This document shows positions 20,805 to 30,381 of a stretch of 64,000 bases of DNA, piece by piece. Positions within the stretch are counted from its first letter, which is position 1. The number at the start of each line of letters is the position of its first letter. The DNA is from Chloroflexota bacterium (GTDB taxonomy: Bacteria > Chloroflexota > Limnocylindria > Limnocylindrales > CSP1-4): contig JAJYGH010000026.1 of the NCBI GenBank assembly GCA_021785175.1, forward strand, positions 67 to 64,066. The letters run 5' to 3'. The notes below the pieces were generated by a model. The model saw nothing but the letters and a program-made list of their open reading frames with translations. It was not told where the DNA came from and made no database searches. The position numbers were made by a program, and so were the translations under genes.

Positions 20805-21782
20805 TCAGAGGCGGACGGCACGGTCCCGGCCTGTGGCCTTCTGCCGCAGCGCGAGACTCGGCGAGAACTCGACGCGAGTGCCCCGGATCTCGCGGAGGGC
20901 CGCCCGGTGGCCGGCCGCCAGCGCCGCTCGCAGATCCGCGGACGTCGGGTTCCGGGGATCCGGGCAGGCGAGCCAGCGGGCGATGAAGCCGGCGTCGAAG
21001 GCGTCGCCGGCCCCCGTGGAGTCGGTGACACGCGCCGATCTGGCCGGGACGGCGACCGGCGCTCTCCCCCGCCGCAGGCCCTGGGCCCCGGCCGATCCCT
21101 GCTTGAGCACCACGAGCGGTGACAGGTCGAGGAGCCGCTCCGGCGGCGCGGCGGTCTCGGCCGCCTCGGCCTCGGTGGCGAACAGCACGTCCGGGCGGAG
21201 CGACGCGACACGCGCGAGCAGCTCGCCGGGGCCTTCGGACTGGAGGAACCCCGCCGACGCGAGGTCGACCGAGACGAGCGCGCCCGCGGCCCGCGCGAGC
21301 GCGGCCAGCCGCACGCTGGCTGCGGCAGGTCCCCGGCCGACCAGCGAATAGGCCGGCACGTGCAGCGCGTCGGCGCCGATCGCGGCCCGCGCGGGCACGT
21401 CCGATGCCCGCATCCGGAGCATCGCGCCGCGGTCCGACACGAACGAACGCTCGCCACCCGGCTCGACCAGCACCCCGAGCCGCCCCGTCGGCGCGCCCGG
21501 CACGCGTCGGGCCTCGACCCGGACCCCGCACGACGCCATGTACGTGACGAGCGCATCGCCGGCGGCGTCCGGCCCAACCGCAGTGATCAGCACCGCGCGG
21601 CAGCCGAGCGCCGCGAGCCGGCGGGCCGTCGTGGCGGCCGAGCCGCCCTGGCGGAACGCCACGTTCCCGAGCACGTCGGTCCCGCGCCGCAGCGGTCCGT
21701 GGGCCGTCAGCACGACGTCGAGCGCGAGGTCGCCGATCACGAGCACGAGAGGGCCGGAGCCGGCATCGAGCGGAGGCGTCAC
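20805..21782 (-). CDS. PfkB family carbohydrate kinase (candidate pseudouridine kinase)
   Basis: Motifs VIGDLALD, GGSAATTA, DSTGAGDAF; adjacent to psuG. TATCGT lies 6 nt before GTG 21782. Confidence 0.8.
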   Translation of the reverse strand: MTPPLDAGSGPLVLVIGDLALDVVLTAHGPLRRGTDVLGNVAFRQGGSAATTARRLAALGCRAVLITAVGPDAAGDALVTYMASCGVRVEARRVPGAPTGRLGVLVEPGGERSFVSDRGAMLRMRASDVPARAAIGADALHVPAYSLVGRGPAAASVRLAALARAAGALVSVDLASAGFLQSEGPGELLARVASLRPDVLFATEAEAAETAAPPERLLDLSPLVVLKQGSAGAQGLRRGRAPVAVPARSARVTDSTGAGDAFDAGFIARWLACPDPRNPTSADLRAALAAGHRAALREIRGTRVEFSPSLALRQKATGRDRAVRL

Positions 21783-22030
21783 CCGGCAACGATAGCCATC
21801 GCCGGACACGGCGGAGCGCCGCGCGCCGCGCCGGCAGCGGCCACGGAGGGTGAAGGCGGCGCGGTTCCCGGCGTCACGTGGCAAGCCGGCCGTCCGGATC
21901 GCGTACGCATGGCGGCGTACGGCGAACGGAGGTAGGCACGAGCCCGACACTGAAGTCACCATGCCGTCGTCCTTCCCGGCTCCGACCCTCGCGACCGCTG
22001 CGGCCGATCCCCTGCCTGCGGCGATCGGGG

Positions 22031-22098
22031 CCCGCGCGACCGACGGGACCCGCGCGACCGACGGGACCCGCGCGCCGGACGGGACCCGCGCGCCGGAT
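22031..22098. repeat. 18-bp tandem repeat, about 3.8 copies (CCCGCGCGACCGACGGGA / CCCGCGCGCCGGACGGGA)
   Basis: Units start at 22031, 22049, 22067 and 22085; no spacers. Confidence 0.85.
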
Positions 22099-22325
22099 GC
22101 CGGCCGCCGAGACGCGCGCGATGGCCGCCCAGTCCTCCACTCGGCTGGGCAGTGCACCACATCGTCGCCGGGCCGAGCGACTCGATCGTGCCCGGCCGGC
22201 CGTCTCCGATGCCGACCGCCCGGCCGGCAGGGGCCGCCCCCCGGGATGCGACATCCGCGTCACCCGGCGCGGATGGTTCGCCGCCGGCCGCGCGCGCCGA
22301 CGCGACCGGCCTCTGCGCGACCGAC

Positions 22326-22907
22326 ATGACGCTGTCCAACGACCACCTCGCGCTTTCGATCGACTCCGTGACAGGCACGATGGCCGAGTCGCTCCTGCCA
22401 GCCGTCGACGACCTGGCGCGCACGCTCGGGGACGCACTCCGGAACGGGCACAAGCTGATCACGTTCGGGAACGGCGGGAGCGCGGCGGATGCCCAGCACT
22501 TCGCCGCCGAGCTGCTCGGGCGGTTCCGGCGCGAGCGGGGGCCGATGCCCGCGATCACCCTCACGAGCGATCCGTCGACTGTCAGCGGCATCGGCAACGA
22601 CTACGGCTGGGGGGAGGTCTTCGCCCGGCAGATCGAGGCGCTCGCCGCCCCGGGCGACGTCGTCGTCGCCATCAGCACGTCCGGGCGCTCGGAGAACGTC
22701 GTCCGGGGCCTCGCGGCGGCGCACGGCCGTGGAGCGACGACGGTGGCCCTGAGCGGCAACGGCGGAGGCAGGGCGGCCCCCGTCGCCGACCGCGCGATCG
22801 TCGTCCCGTCGGGCACGACCGCCCGGATCCAGGAGATGCACGGCCTCGTCGTCCACCTCGTGTGCGAGCGGATCGACGAGGAACTGCTGGGGAGGGAGGC
22901 TCGGTGA
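22326..22907 (+). CDS. gmhA: SIS-domain phosphoheptose isomerase (GmhA-like)
   Basis: Motifs FGNGGSAADAQHFAAEL, GNDYG, ISTSGRSENV, TARIQEMH. Start uncertain (22209 or 22326). Confidence 0.8.
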   Translation: MTLSNDHLALSIDSVTGTMAESLLPAVDDLARTLGDALRNGHKLITFGNGGSAADAQHFAAELLGRFRRERGPMPAITLTSDPSTVSGIGNDYGWGEVFARQIEALAAPGDVVVAISTSGRSENVVRGLAAAHGRGATTVALSGNGGGRAAPVADRAIVVPSGTTARIQEMHGLVVHLVCERIDEELLGREAR

Positions 22908-23131
22908 GCGTCGCGATGGCCGGGGGCTCCAGGGCGCCCGACGTGCCGGTCGCGGCGCGGGTGGATCGCGATCGCTGGCCCCATGCCGTCGTCCACCGTG
23001 ACAGGGGACTGATGCCCGGCCTCATGGCCGTTCGTCGGGCCACGCTCAGGACCGACCCGGGGCGCGAGGGCACGGCGGTGGAGTGCGCGCGGATCGGGCT
23101 CCGGGCGCTGGAAGGCGTGGTGCCGGCGTGA
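22904..23131 (+). CDS. 75-aa ORF coupled at both ends (possible internally deleted gene remnant)
   Basis: GTG 22904 overlaps the gmhA stop and has a GGGAGG RBS. Its TGA (23129-23131) overlaps the GH3 GTG at 23128. No recognisable domain. Confidence 0.4.
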   Translation: MSVAMAGGSRAPDVPVAARVDRDRWPHAVVHRDRGLMPGLMAVRRATLRTDPGREGTAVECARIGLRALEGVVPA

Positions 23132-24897
23132 CGGGCGACGCCAGCGGGGACACGGGGCAGGGCGTGCCCGCCCAGGAACCTCCCGTGCTCGACGTCGTCG
23201 GGGAGACGGGGGCCGGCACACTCGATGCGAGCGGCCTCGACGCCGGGTCGCACGCGCCCTCGGGCGGGACCGCCGCCCTGCCCGCGGCCCCTCGACCCGG
23301 GGGGCGCACGCCCGCACGGGTCCGGGCCGCAACGCGCGGGGCCGTCCCGGCACTCGCCGCGCGGCTCGCCTGGGGTGTGATCGACGGCGAGCATCTCGAC
23401 GCGGACGCGGAGGACCTCCTCGACCGTGGCATCGGTGGGATCGTGCTGTTCAGCCGGAACCTCCGCGATCCCGGGCAGATCCGCGACCTGACGGCCGCGA
23501 TCCGGCGGCGGGCGTCGGGGCCCGTGCACATCGCGCTCGACCAGGAGGGCGGGCACGTGGTGCGGATCGGCGAGCCGCTGACACGCTTCCCGTCGGCGAT
23601 GGCCCTGGGGGCGACCCGATCCGAGGTCCTCACGTTCGCCGCGGCGAAGGCTTCCGGCGAGGAGCTCCACGCGCTCGGCGTCGACGTCGTCCTGGCACCC
23701 GTGCTCGACGTCGCGACCGATCCCCGCAACCCGACCGTGGGGGCGCGCTCGTTCGGCGCCGATCCAGACCTCGTCGCGCGGCTCGGCATCGCCACGCTCC
23801 TCGGCTATCGTGCCGCCGGCATCACGGCCGTGCCGAAGCACTTCCCCGGGCATGGACGGACGAGCCTCGACTCGCATGTCGCCTCGGTCCGCGTCACGGG
23901 AGGTCGCGTCGCGCTGGCCTCCGACCTGGTGCCGTTCCACGCCGCGGTCGGTGCGGGCGCCCGGATCGTGATGGTCTCGCACATCGTCTACGCCGGAGTC
24001 AGCAACGGGCTCCCCGCCACGCTCTCGCAGGCCGTCATGCACGGGCTGCTGCGCCGCGAGCTCGGGTTCGAGGGCCTGGTCCTGACGGATGCCATGGTGA
24101 TGGACGCCGTGCTCGACGGACGGTCGCCGGCCGAGGCCTGCGTCGGCGCGCTCCTCGCCGGCGCCGACGTCGTCATGCCGCTCGAGCCACAGCGCATGGT
24201 GCTGCCCGCCATCGAGCGCGCGATCGCGGATGGCGTCCTCGGAACGCGTCGCCTGGAGGCGACGATCCGCCGGCTGGACCACCTCGACGCGCTCACGGCT
24301 GCGGACGCCGAGCGTCACGTCGGCAACATGGGTGCACCGGAGGGATCCGGAGCTTCGAGCCACCGCGACGTCGCGCTCGCCGTGGCACGCGCGTCGATGA
24401 CGCTCGTGCGTGGGCGCCGGCTGCTGCCGGTCACGTCCGACACGTCGGTCCTCCTCGTCGAGCAGCCGAGCGAGCGCCGCAGCCCGATCGAGGACGACCG
24501 GGGGTCGGCGTCGGTCGCGGCGCAGTTCCGGGCCGTGCTGCCGCGGACCCGGCACGTGGCGGTCGAGCCCGCGAGGGCTGCGAGCCTCCCCTGGCTCGAC
24601 GCTGCTGCCCGCTCGTCCGACCTCGTCGTGCTCGCGACGCGCGACGCCTTCCTCGATCCGGCCGCCCCGGCGCTCGTGCGACGGCTCCAGGCATCCGGCA
24701 GGCCGGTGGCGCTCGTCGCGATGCGCAGCCCGTGGGACTGCGCGGCACTCCCGCGTACCGACGTCGCGATCGCCACGTACGCGGACGTCCCGGCGAGCAT
24801 GCAGGCCCTCCTCGAGGCCCTGACCGGGTCCGCCGCGTTCCCAGGACGGGCGCCGATCCCGCTCGAACGGCCGCAACCGGCGCCGGCCGTGTCATGA
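23128..24897 (+). CDS. nagZ: GH3 beta-N-acetylhexosaminidase (two-domain NagZ-like)
   Basis: Motifs ALDQEGG, APVLDV, RSFG, KHFPGHGRTSLDSH, MVSH, LTDAMVM, and C-terminal MRSPWD. Confidence 0.85.
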   Translation: MTGDASGDTGQGVPAQEPPVLDVVGETGAGTLDASGLDAGSHAPSGGTAALPAAPRPGGRTPARVRAATRGAVPALAARLAWGVIDGEHLDADAEDLLDRGIGGIVLFSRNLRDPGQIRDLTAAIRRRASGPVHIALDQEGGHVVRIGEPLTRFPSAMALGATRSEVLTFAAAKASGEELHALGVDVVLAPVLDVATDPRNPTVGARSFGADPDLVARLGIATLLGYRAAGITAVPKHFPGHGRTSLDSHVASVRVTGGRVALASDLVPFHAAVGAGARIVMVSHIVYAGVSNGLPATLSQAVMHGLLRRELGFEGLVLTDAMVMDAVLDGRSPAEACVGALLAGADVVMPLEPQRMVLPAIERAIADGVLGTRRLEATIRRLDHLDALTAADAERHVGNMGAPEGSGASSHRDVALAVARASMTLVRGRRLLPVTSDTSVLLVEQPSERRSPIEDDRGSASVAAQFRAVLPRTRHVAVEPARAASLPWLDAAARSSDLVVLATRDAFLDPAAPALVRRLQASGRPVALVAMRSPWDCAALPRTDVAIATYADVPASMQALLEALTGSAAFPGRAPIPLERPQPAPAVS

Positions 24898-24958
24898 CAC
24901 CAACCCATCACCGACCTCACCCCGTCAGGTGCACTCGCCCTCGGAAGGACACACCGCG

Positions 24959-26842
24959 ATGACCGATCTCCTCGACGCCGACGCCCCGCTGGAGCTCCCC
25001 CGACTCGACGCCGACGCCGCCCTGCCGGCACTGCTCACCGAGCCGCCGATCGGGACCATCGTGGCGTCCACCGGCCGCCTCGCCGGCCGCGACGCGCTGT
25101 CCGCGGAGCTGCGCCATCGCTGGGCCGAGGGGCGCGACGTGCTGCTCGTCGGGCCCGCCGGCGCCGGGAAGCGGCAGCTGGCCCGGGTCACCGCGGCACA
25201 CGCGGGCCGATCGAGCGTCGAGGTGTCGGTCGCGGAACTGCGGCGGCTGCCCGTCGAGGAGCGCGAGGCCGCGTGCGAGGGGCTTGCCTCGTGGCTGTCG
25301 CGGACGGGCCACGGGCTGCTGCTGGTCGACACCGACGGCGAGCCCATCCCGTTCCCCGTGCCGGAGGAGGTCCCGGTCATCATCACGGCCTCCGACGAGC
25401 CGGCGGGCGTGGCGCTCCAACCGATGCGGGAACTCGACCGCATCGAGGTGCCGGCGGCCGACGCGGACCTGGCACGCGAGGCACTGGCCGCCTGGTCCGA
25501 GGTCGCCGGTCACCCCGACGCCGCCCCGGAGGCGCTCGACGCCGCCGTGCGCCTCGTCGAGCGGTTCGGGATGCCCGGGGCGTTGCCGGGCGCCGCGGTC
25601 TCGCTGATCCGCGCGGCGGCGCATCCCGATCGGCCGGCCGTCGACGTCGACCAGGTCGAGCGGGCCATCGCCCGGGCGACGGCGCTGCCGCTCGCGCTCG
25701 TTTCCGCGGGCGAACGAGACCGGCTGAACTCGCTCGAGGATCGTCTCGGTCGCCGGATCGTCGGACAGCGTGAGGCCATCTCGTCGGTCGTCCGCGCCAT
25801 CCGCCGGCGGTCGGTCCGGCTCGGGCGGCTCTCGCGCCCGCAGGGCGTGTTCCTGTTCGTCGGCCCGACCGGCGTCGGCAAGACGGAGCTGGCGCGGGCG
25901 CTGGCAACGGAGGTGTTCGGCGGCGATCACGCCCTCGTCCGGTTCGACTGCGCGGATTACCAGCGCGAGCACGAGGTCGCGCGCCTGGTCGGCGCACCGC
26001 CCGGATACGTCGGGCATGAGCGCCCCGGCCGGCTCATCACCGAGCTGCAACGCGAGACGAACGTCGTGCTGCTCTTCGACGAGATCGAGAAGGCGCACTG
26101 GGCGGCCCACGACTTCCTGCTCGGCGCGCTCGACTCCGGCGTCGTCCACGGAGCCAAGGGCGAGAAGGCCGTGCTGTGGAACACGATCATCGTGATGACG
26201 TCGAATCTCGGCTCGCGGGCGGCGGACCATCTCCGCAAGCCGCTGGGATTCGGGGCGGAGGCGCCATCGGGCGACGAGCTGGAGCGGGCGATCCGCCGGA
26301 TGCGCGACAACACCATCCGGAACGCGTTCCGGCCCGAGTTCCTGAACCGCCTCGACGCGATCATCCACTTCGACCCGCTCGGGCGCGAGGACCTCGACGC
26401 GATCGTGACGGTCAAGCTCGACGCGCTCGGGCACGACTGGCTGGAGCGGTACCGGATCGGGTTCGAGCTGGGTCCGCTGATGCGCGAGCGGATCGTCGAC
26501 GAGGCCGTGCGGTCGTTCGGCGCCGGTCGGTCGATCGAGCGTTCGCTCGAGCGCCAGGTCTACGACCGGCTGGCCGACGCGCTGCTGGACGACGGGTACG
26601 AGCCGCACGCCCGGTACCGGCTCGAACTCGACGACGACGCGCCGCGCCTCGAACGACGGATGGGGCAGGCAGCGGAGCCGAGCCAACCCGCAGACGGCGC
26701 GGCTGCACGCGGCCCCACCCCGGACGGGGACGCGAATGGGCCATCCGGGGGGCTCGCCGGCCGTGACGCGAGCGGTCATGATGCTGGCGACGGATTCGTC
26801 GTCCCGGGCGGCGGGATCCTGACCGTCCGGCTCCTCGACTGA
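24959..26842 (+). CDS. Clp/Hsp100-type AAA+ ATPase lacking the Clp N-domain, first AAA module degenerate
   Basis: Second module intact: GPTGVGKTE, LVGAPPGYVG, LLFDEIEKAH, MTSNLG, LGF loop, FRPEFLNRLD. First module shows only GPAGAGKR and LLLVDTD. GGAAGGA RBS before ATG 24959. Confidence 0.8.
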   Translation: MTDLLDADAPLELPRLDADAALPALLTEPPIGTIVASTGRLAGRDALSAELRHRWAEGRDVLLVGPAGAGKRQLARVTAAHAGRSSVEVSVAELRRLPVEEREAACEGLASWLSRTGHGLLLVDTDGEPIPFPVPEEVPVIITASDEPAGVALQPMRELDRIEVPAADADLAREALAAWSEVAGHPDAAPEALDAAVRLVERFGMPGALPGAAVSLIRAAAHPDRPAVDVDQVERAIARATALPLALVSAGERDRLNSLEDRLGRRIVGQREAISSVVRAIRRRSVRLGRLSRPQGVFLFVGPTGVGKTELARALATEVFGGDHALVRFDCADYQREHEVARLVGAPPGYVGHERPGRLITELQRETNVVLLFDEIEKAHWAAHDFLLGALDSGVVHGAKGEKAVLWNTIIVMTSNLGSRAADHLRKPLGFGAEAPSGDELERAIRRMRDNTIRNAFRPEFLNRLDAIIHFDPLGREDLDAIVTVKLDALGHDWLERYRIGFELGPLMRERIVDEAVRSFGAGRSIERSLERQVYDRLADALLDDGYEPHARYRLELDDDAPRLERRMGQAAEPSQPADGAAARGPTPDGDANGPSGGLAGRDASGHDAGDGFVVPGGGILTVRLLD

Positions 26843-26885
26843 CGGGCGGACGCGTCGCGGACAACGGAGGGAGCAGGCCGATCGG

Positions 26886-27674
26886 ATGAATGGCGCGAGC
26901 GGCGACCCCCCGCCCGAGCTGCCCGACGCCGTGGCGCCCCCAGGGACGGAGCCCGGCGCGGCGATCTCCGCCGACACGTCCGGAGGCCTCGCGGATCGCA
27001 CCGCGAGCGACATGTGGCGCCCCGGGCGCGGCGCGTCACGCGCCACCGCCGGCATCGTTCCTACTCCTGATGAGGCAACGATCGCGACTCCCGACGGCGC
27101 CACCATCGACGCCCTCGTCGCCCGCGCCGTGCACGGCGATCCTGCCGCGTTCGGTGCCCTGTACGACGAGTTCGCGCCGCGCGTCTACCGGTACGCGGCG
27201 TTCCGGGTCCGGGAGCCGTCGGACGCCGAGGATCTCATGCAACGGGTGTTCGTCAAGGTGATCGAGGCTCTGCCGCGGTACGAACAGCGAGGCGTCCCCT
27301 TCTCCGCGTGGCTGTTCAGGCTCGCGCACAACGCCGTGATCGACTTCGCCCGCACCGCGCGCGACCACGCGCCGCTGGACGTCGCCGCGGACCACGCCGA
27401 CGGCGCACCGGATCCGTCCGAGACGGCCGCCCGGGCCGCGGACTCGGTACACCTCGATCGCGCCCTGCGCACGCTGACGCCCGACCAGCAGCAGGTCATC
27501 GCCTGCCGCTTCTACGCCGGCCTGTCGGTGTCCGAGACCGCCCGCGTGCTCGGTCGCCGCGAGATCGCCGTTCGCTCGCTCCAGTTCCGCGCGCTGGCCT
27601 CCCTGCGCCGCGCGCTCGGGGTCGCCGAACGCGCCGGCGCCGAGGGCCTGCAGGTCGAGGAGATCGCGCGGTGA
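26886..27674 (+). CDS. ECF RNA polymerase sigma factor
   Basis: Region 2 AFGALYD...DAEDLMQRVF...FSAWLFRLAHN; region 4 LTPDQQQVIACRFYAGLSVSETARVLG...VRSLQFRAL. Start uncertain. Confidence 0.9.
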   Translation: MNGASGDPPPELPDAVAPPGTEPGAAISADTSGGLADRTASDMWRPGRGASRATAGIVPTPDEATIATPDGATIDALVARAVHGDPAAFGALYDEFAPRVYRYAAFRVREPSDAEDLMQRVFVKVIEALPRYEQRGVPFSAWLFRLAHNAVIDFARTARDHAPLDVAADHADGAPDPSETAARAADSVHLDRALRTLTPDQQQVIACRFYAGLSVSETARVLGRREIAVRSLQFRALASLRRALGVAERAGAEGLQVEEIAR

Positions 27675-28942
27675 GCGGCGGCTGGTTGCCGGACCTGATG
27701 CGCCGCCTCGCGGCGCGCACGTCGCGGCGCAGTCCGCGGGCACCGCTCCGAGGCGCCGAGGGCGGTGGCCTGCGCAGGGCGTCGCCGCAGGCCACCAGCG
27801 GGGCGGCCGGCGTGCTCGACGATGCCGACGAACTCGTCGGCGTCATCCGCTGCCACGCGCAGGCGACCGCCTCGCCCGATCCGGAAGCTCTCCCGCGGCT
27901 CCGCGCGGAGGTCGTGCGCGCCTTCATCGCCACACAGCCGGTGCCCGCGCGGACCGTCAGCCGGCCCGTAGGCCGTCCGCGGCTTCGGGTCGCGGCGTTC
28001 CTGGCCGCGGCCGCGCTGCTGCTCCTCGGGGTCGGCGGCGTCCTCGCGGCCGCGGGGCCCGGCGGTCCGCTCTACGGCGCCCGGCTCGACCTCGAAGCGA
28101 TGACGCTCCCGTCGACCGCGAGCTCGGCGTGGTACGACGCCGAGATCGGCCGGCTCGGCGCACGAGTGGACGAACTGCAGGCCGCGGCACGGACCGACAA
28201 CGCGGGCGCCATGGAAGCCGCCGCCACCGCGTACGAGTCGATCCTGTCCCAGACGATCCGGCCGGCGGGATCGGCGTCGCCGTCGCGGGCGCTTCCCCCG
28301 GGGCTCGAACGGGCTCTCGACCGCCACGAGCAACTGCTCGCTGGTCTCCTGCCGCGGGCGCCCGCGGCCGCGAAGGCCGCGCTCCAGGCCGCGCTCGGGC
28401 GTCTCGAGCAGGCCGCGGACACCCGCGGGCACGCGCCGGGCCCGGGGCCTGCCGGGTCGGGCGAGACGGGGCCGGCCTCGGGCGAGGGCGGGGCGACGCC
28501 GCCGGCCACATCGCGGCCGGGCCACGCGGGGAACCCGCCCTGGAGCGAGAAGAAGGCCAGGCCGTCGGCCGTGCCGGACAACCGCGGCACGTCGGGAGAT
28601 GTGACGCAGCCGGATGCCGGCGTCGCCGAATGGGCAGGCAGCTCGAGCGTGAACCTGGCACTTGCACGGGCCATCGCGCCACATCCCGAGCGGTCGAGGC
28701 TGCAGGCGTCGCCTGGGGCCGGCGCGAGTGCGAGGTCCGCGCCAGCGTCGGGCGCCGGGCGGCCGTCCGAATGGGCGAGCGTCCGCGAGGCGGCGCTCGT
28801 CCGCAGGACCACGTCGCGCGCCGTGTCGTGGGCGCGTCACCCCGCGTGGCGTCCGCTCGCGCGCCAGTTCGCCCAGGTCCGGCGGATCGCCTCGGAGTCG
28901 TCGGCGGTCAGTCGCTCGCCGGACTCCAGCAGGTCCGCGTAG
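27671..28942 (+). CDS. probable membrane-anchored anti-sigma factor (DUF5667-like extracellular helical region)
   Basis: GTG overlaps the sigma stop. Contains PDPEALPRLRA, one TM (AAFLAAAALLLLGVGGVLA), PGGPLYGARL, RLGARVDEL and a low-complexity tail. 3' end uncertain. Confidence 0.6.
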   Translation: MSGGWLPDLMRRLAARTSRRSPRAPLRGAEGGGLRRASPQATSGAAGVLDDADELVGVIRCHAQATASPDPEALPRLRAEVVRAFIATQPVPARTVSRPVGRPRLRVAAFLAAAALLLLGVGGVLAAAGPGGPLYGARLDLEAMTLPSTASSAWYDAEIGRLGARVDELQAAARTDNAGAMEAAATAYESILSQTIRPAGSASPSRALPPGLERALDRHEQLLAGLLPRAPAAAKAALQAALGRLEQAADTRGHAPGPGPAGSGETGPASGEGGATPPATSRPGHAGNPPWSEKKARPSAVPDNRGTSGDVTQPDAGVAEWAGSSSVNLALARAIAPHPERSRLQASPGAGASARSAPASGAGRPSEWASVREAALVRRTTSRAVSWARHPAWRPLARQFAQVRRIASESSAVSRSPDSSRSA

Positions 28943-29150
28943 TACAGCGACGGGACTCCCAGTCCCGGCTGCGTCTCGAGGTACTCGCGCCACTGCGCGA
29001 GGTCCGCCATCGGCCGTGCGCCTCGAGCGTGCCATTCCCGTCCGCGAGCCGGGCCCACGGGCTGGCCGCGGCGTCGGCCGGGAGCGAGAGGCGGTACGCT
29101 GGCGTGGACACGACGAGCTGACGTCCGTCGCGCTCGAGCGTGAGTGGCAT
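28837..29150 (-). pseudogene. internally deleted, frameshifted remnant of a larger gene
   Basis: N-terminus-like MPLTLERDGRQLVVSTPAYRLSLP (ATG 29150) is joined out of frame near 29010-29030 to C-terminus-like MADLAQWREYLETQPGLGVPSLYYADLLESGERLTADDSEAIRRTWANWR, stop at 28837. Confidence 0.5.
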
Positions 29151-29394
29151 CAGCCGGCGAGGAGGCCCGGGGCGGCGGAGCAGGCGGCCAGGGCGCGTGC
29201 GGGAAGCGCGCGGAGCGAACCCGTGGCGTCGGATGGCATGTGGCCACGATACGCCACGGCCACGTCCGCCCCGCGCGCCCGAATCCCGGGCGCGCGCGGG
29301 CTGAGAGTTGGCCGCAACCCGATTCGCGAGTGGGCATCGGCGGGCAGATGGTTGGCACCGGTGCCACGATGGGTGGCGGCATGGGGTACGGCAC

Positions 29395-30381
29395 GTGACT
29401 GACGAACAGCGCCGGTCGGCCGCGCGCGAGAGCGCGCGAGAACCGAAGCGCCAGGGTGGCTCGCTTCGCGCGGCGGGGCGGTTGGTCGCGGAGACCGCGA
29501 CGACGGGCGCCTCGGACGTGGCAGGCACGCTGGCGGACGCCGGGGAGGCGATCGCCGGCGCCGGGGAGGCGATCGCCAGCGCCGGCGCGCCCATCGTGGC
29601 GCGCGTGGCGCCGCTCGTCACGAAGGTGGAGCCGATCGTGAAGAAGGGGCAGCCGCTCCGGGCCGCGGCGCGCCGCTGGCGCACGCGGCGCAGGCTGCGC
29701 CGGCATCATCTCCTCGTCCCGCCGGCCCAGCCGCTCCCGAATCTGTTCGAGCTGCACCCTGACGCTCGACGCGCACCGATGCGGGAGCTCGGCCTTCGCG
29801 AGATCCCGGTCGCGGAGATCGTGGGCACGGCGGTGGAGGGCCCCGCGCAGCGAGGATCCGACTTCCTGCCGCTGCCCCGGCTGCGGACGAGGAACTGGCA
29901 GGCACGCTGGCAGCGGATCCTGGCGGCGAGCCGGGAGATGCGGACCCTTCCGCCCATCGACGTCCTGCGGGCCGCCGGCGCGTACTGGGTCATGGACGGA
30001 CACAACCGGGTTGCGGCCGCCCGCGCTCTCGGCCAGATCGCGATCGACGCGGCGGTCACGGCCCTCCGGCTTCCCGGCGACGGCTCGGGGCAGCCGGAGC
30101 AGGACGGGCTCGCGGCCATGCTGGTCGACGGGGCGTCGCTCCGGGCGGCGGGTGCGGGTCGTCTGACCGCCGGTGCGACGCTGCCGGAATCGGTGCCATC
30201 GACGCCGATGGGTGGAGCTCCGCGTTCCGCGACCGCGGGGCCCTCCGAACCCGCGCCGCGGCGCTCCTCGTCCCCCGCGCCGCCGGGCGAGACGCCGATC
30301 CGATCGTCCGACGTCCCCGCCCCACCGGCCGGCGCCCCTGATCCACCGCCCGACGCCCCTGATCGGGCCGGACCGAGGTGA
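29395..30381 (+). CDS. ParB/Sulfiredoxin-fold (ParB N-terminal-like) protein
   Basis: Motifs LGLREIPVAEIVGT, DFLPL, RWQRI, LPPIDVLRAAGAYWVMDGHNRVAAAR. No HTH visible. Confidence 0.75.
   Translation: MTDEQRRSAARESAREPKRQGGSLRAAGRLVAETATTGASDVAGTLADAGEAIAGAGEAIASAGAPIVARVAPLVTKVEPIVKKGQPLRAAARRWRTRRRLRRHHLLVPPAQPLPNLFELHPDARRAPMRELGLREIPVAEIVGTAVEGPAQRGSDFLPLPRLRTRNWQARWQRILAASREMRTLPPIDVLRAAGAYWVMDGHNRVAAARALGQIAIDAAVTALRLPGDGSGQPEQDGLAAMLVDGASLRAAGAGRLTAGATLPESVPSTPMGGAPRSATAGPSEPAPRRSSSPAPPGETPIRSSDVPAPPAGAPDPPPDAPDRAGPR

Noticed and set aside
22031..22098. 18-bp repeats as a CRISPR array
   Set aside because: Units are contiguous with no unique spacers, too short, and there are no cas genes; this is a simple tandem repeat.
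29539..29583. 21-bp in-frame duplication (AGEAIAG/AGEAIAS), and the similar short duplications at 25-48 and 60332-60373
   Set aside because: Consistent with replication slippage; no sign of target-site duplication or mobile-element ends.
29395..30381. Chromosome or plasmid partition locus
   Set aside because: No parA, no HTH domain, and no parS-like palindrome was seen.
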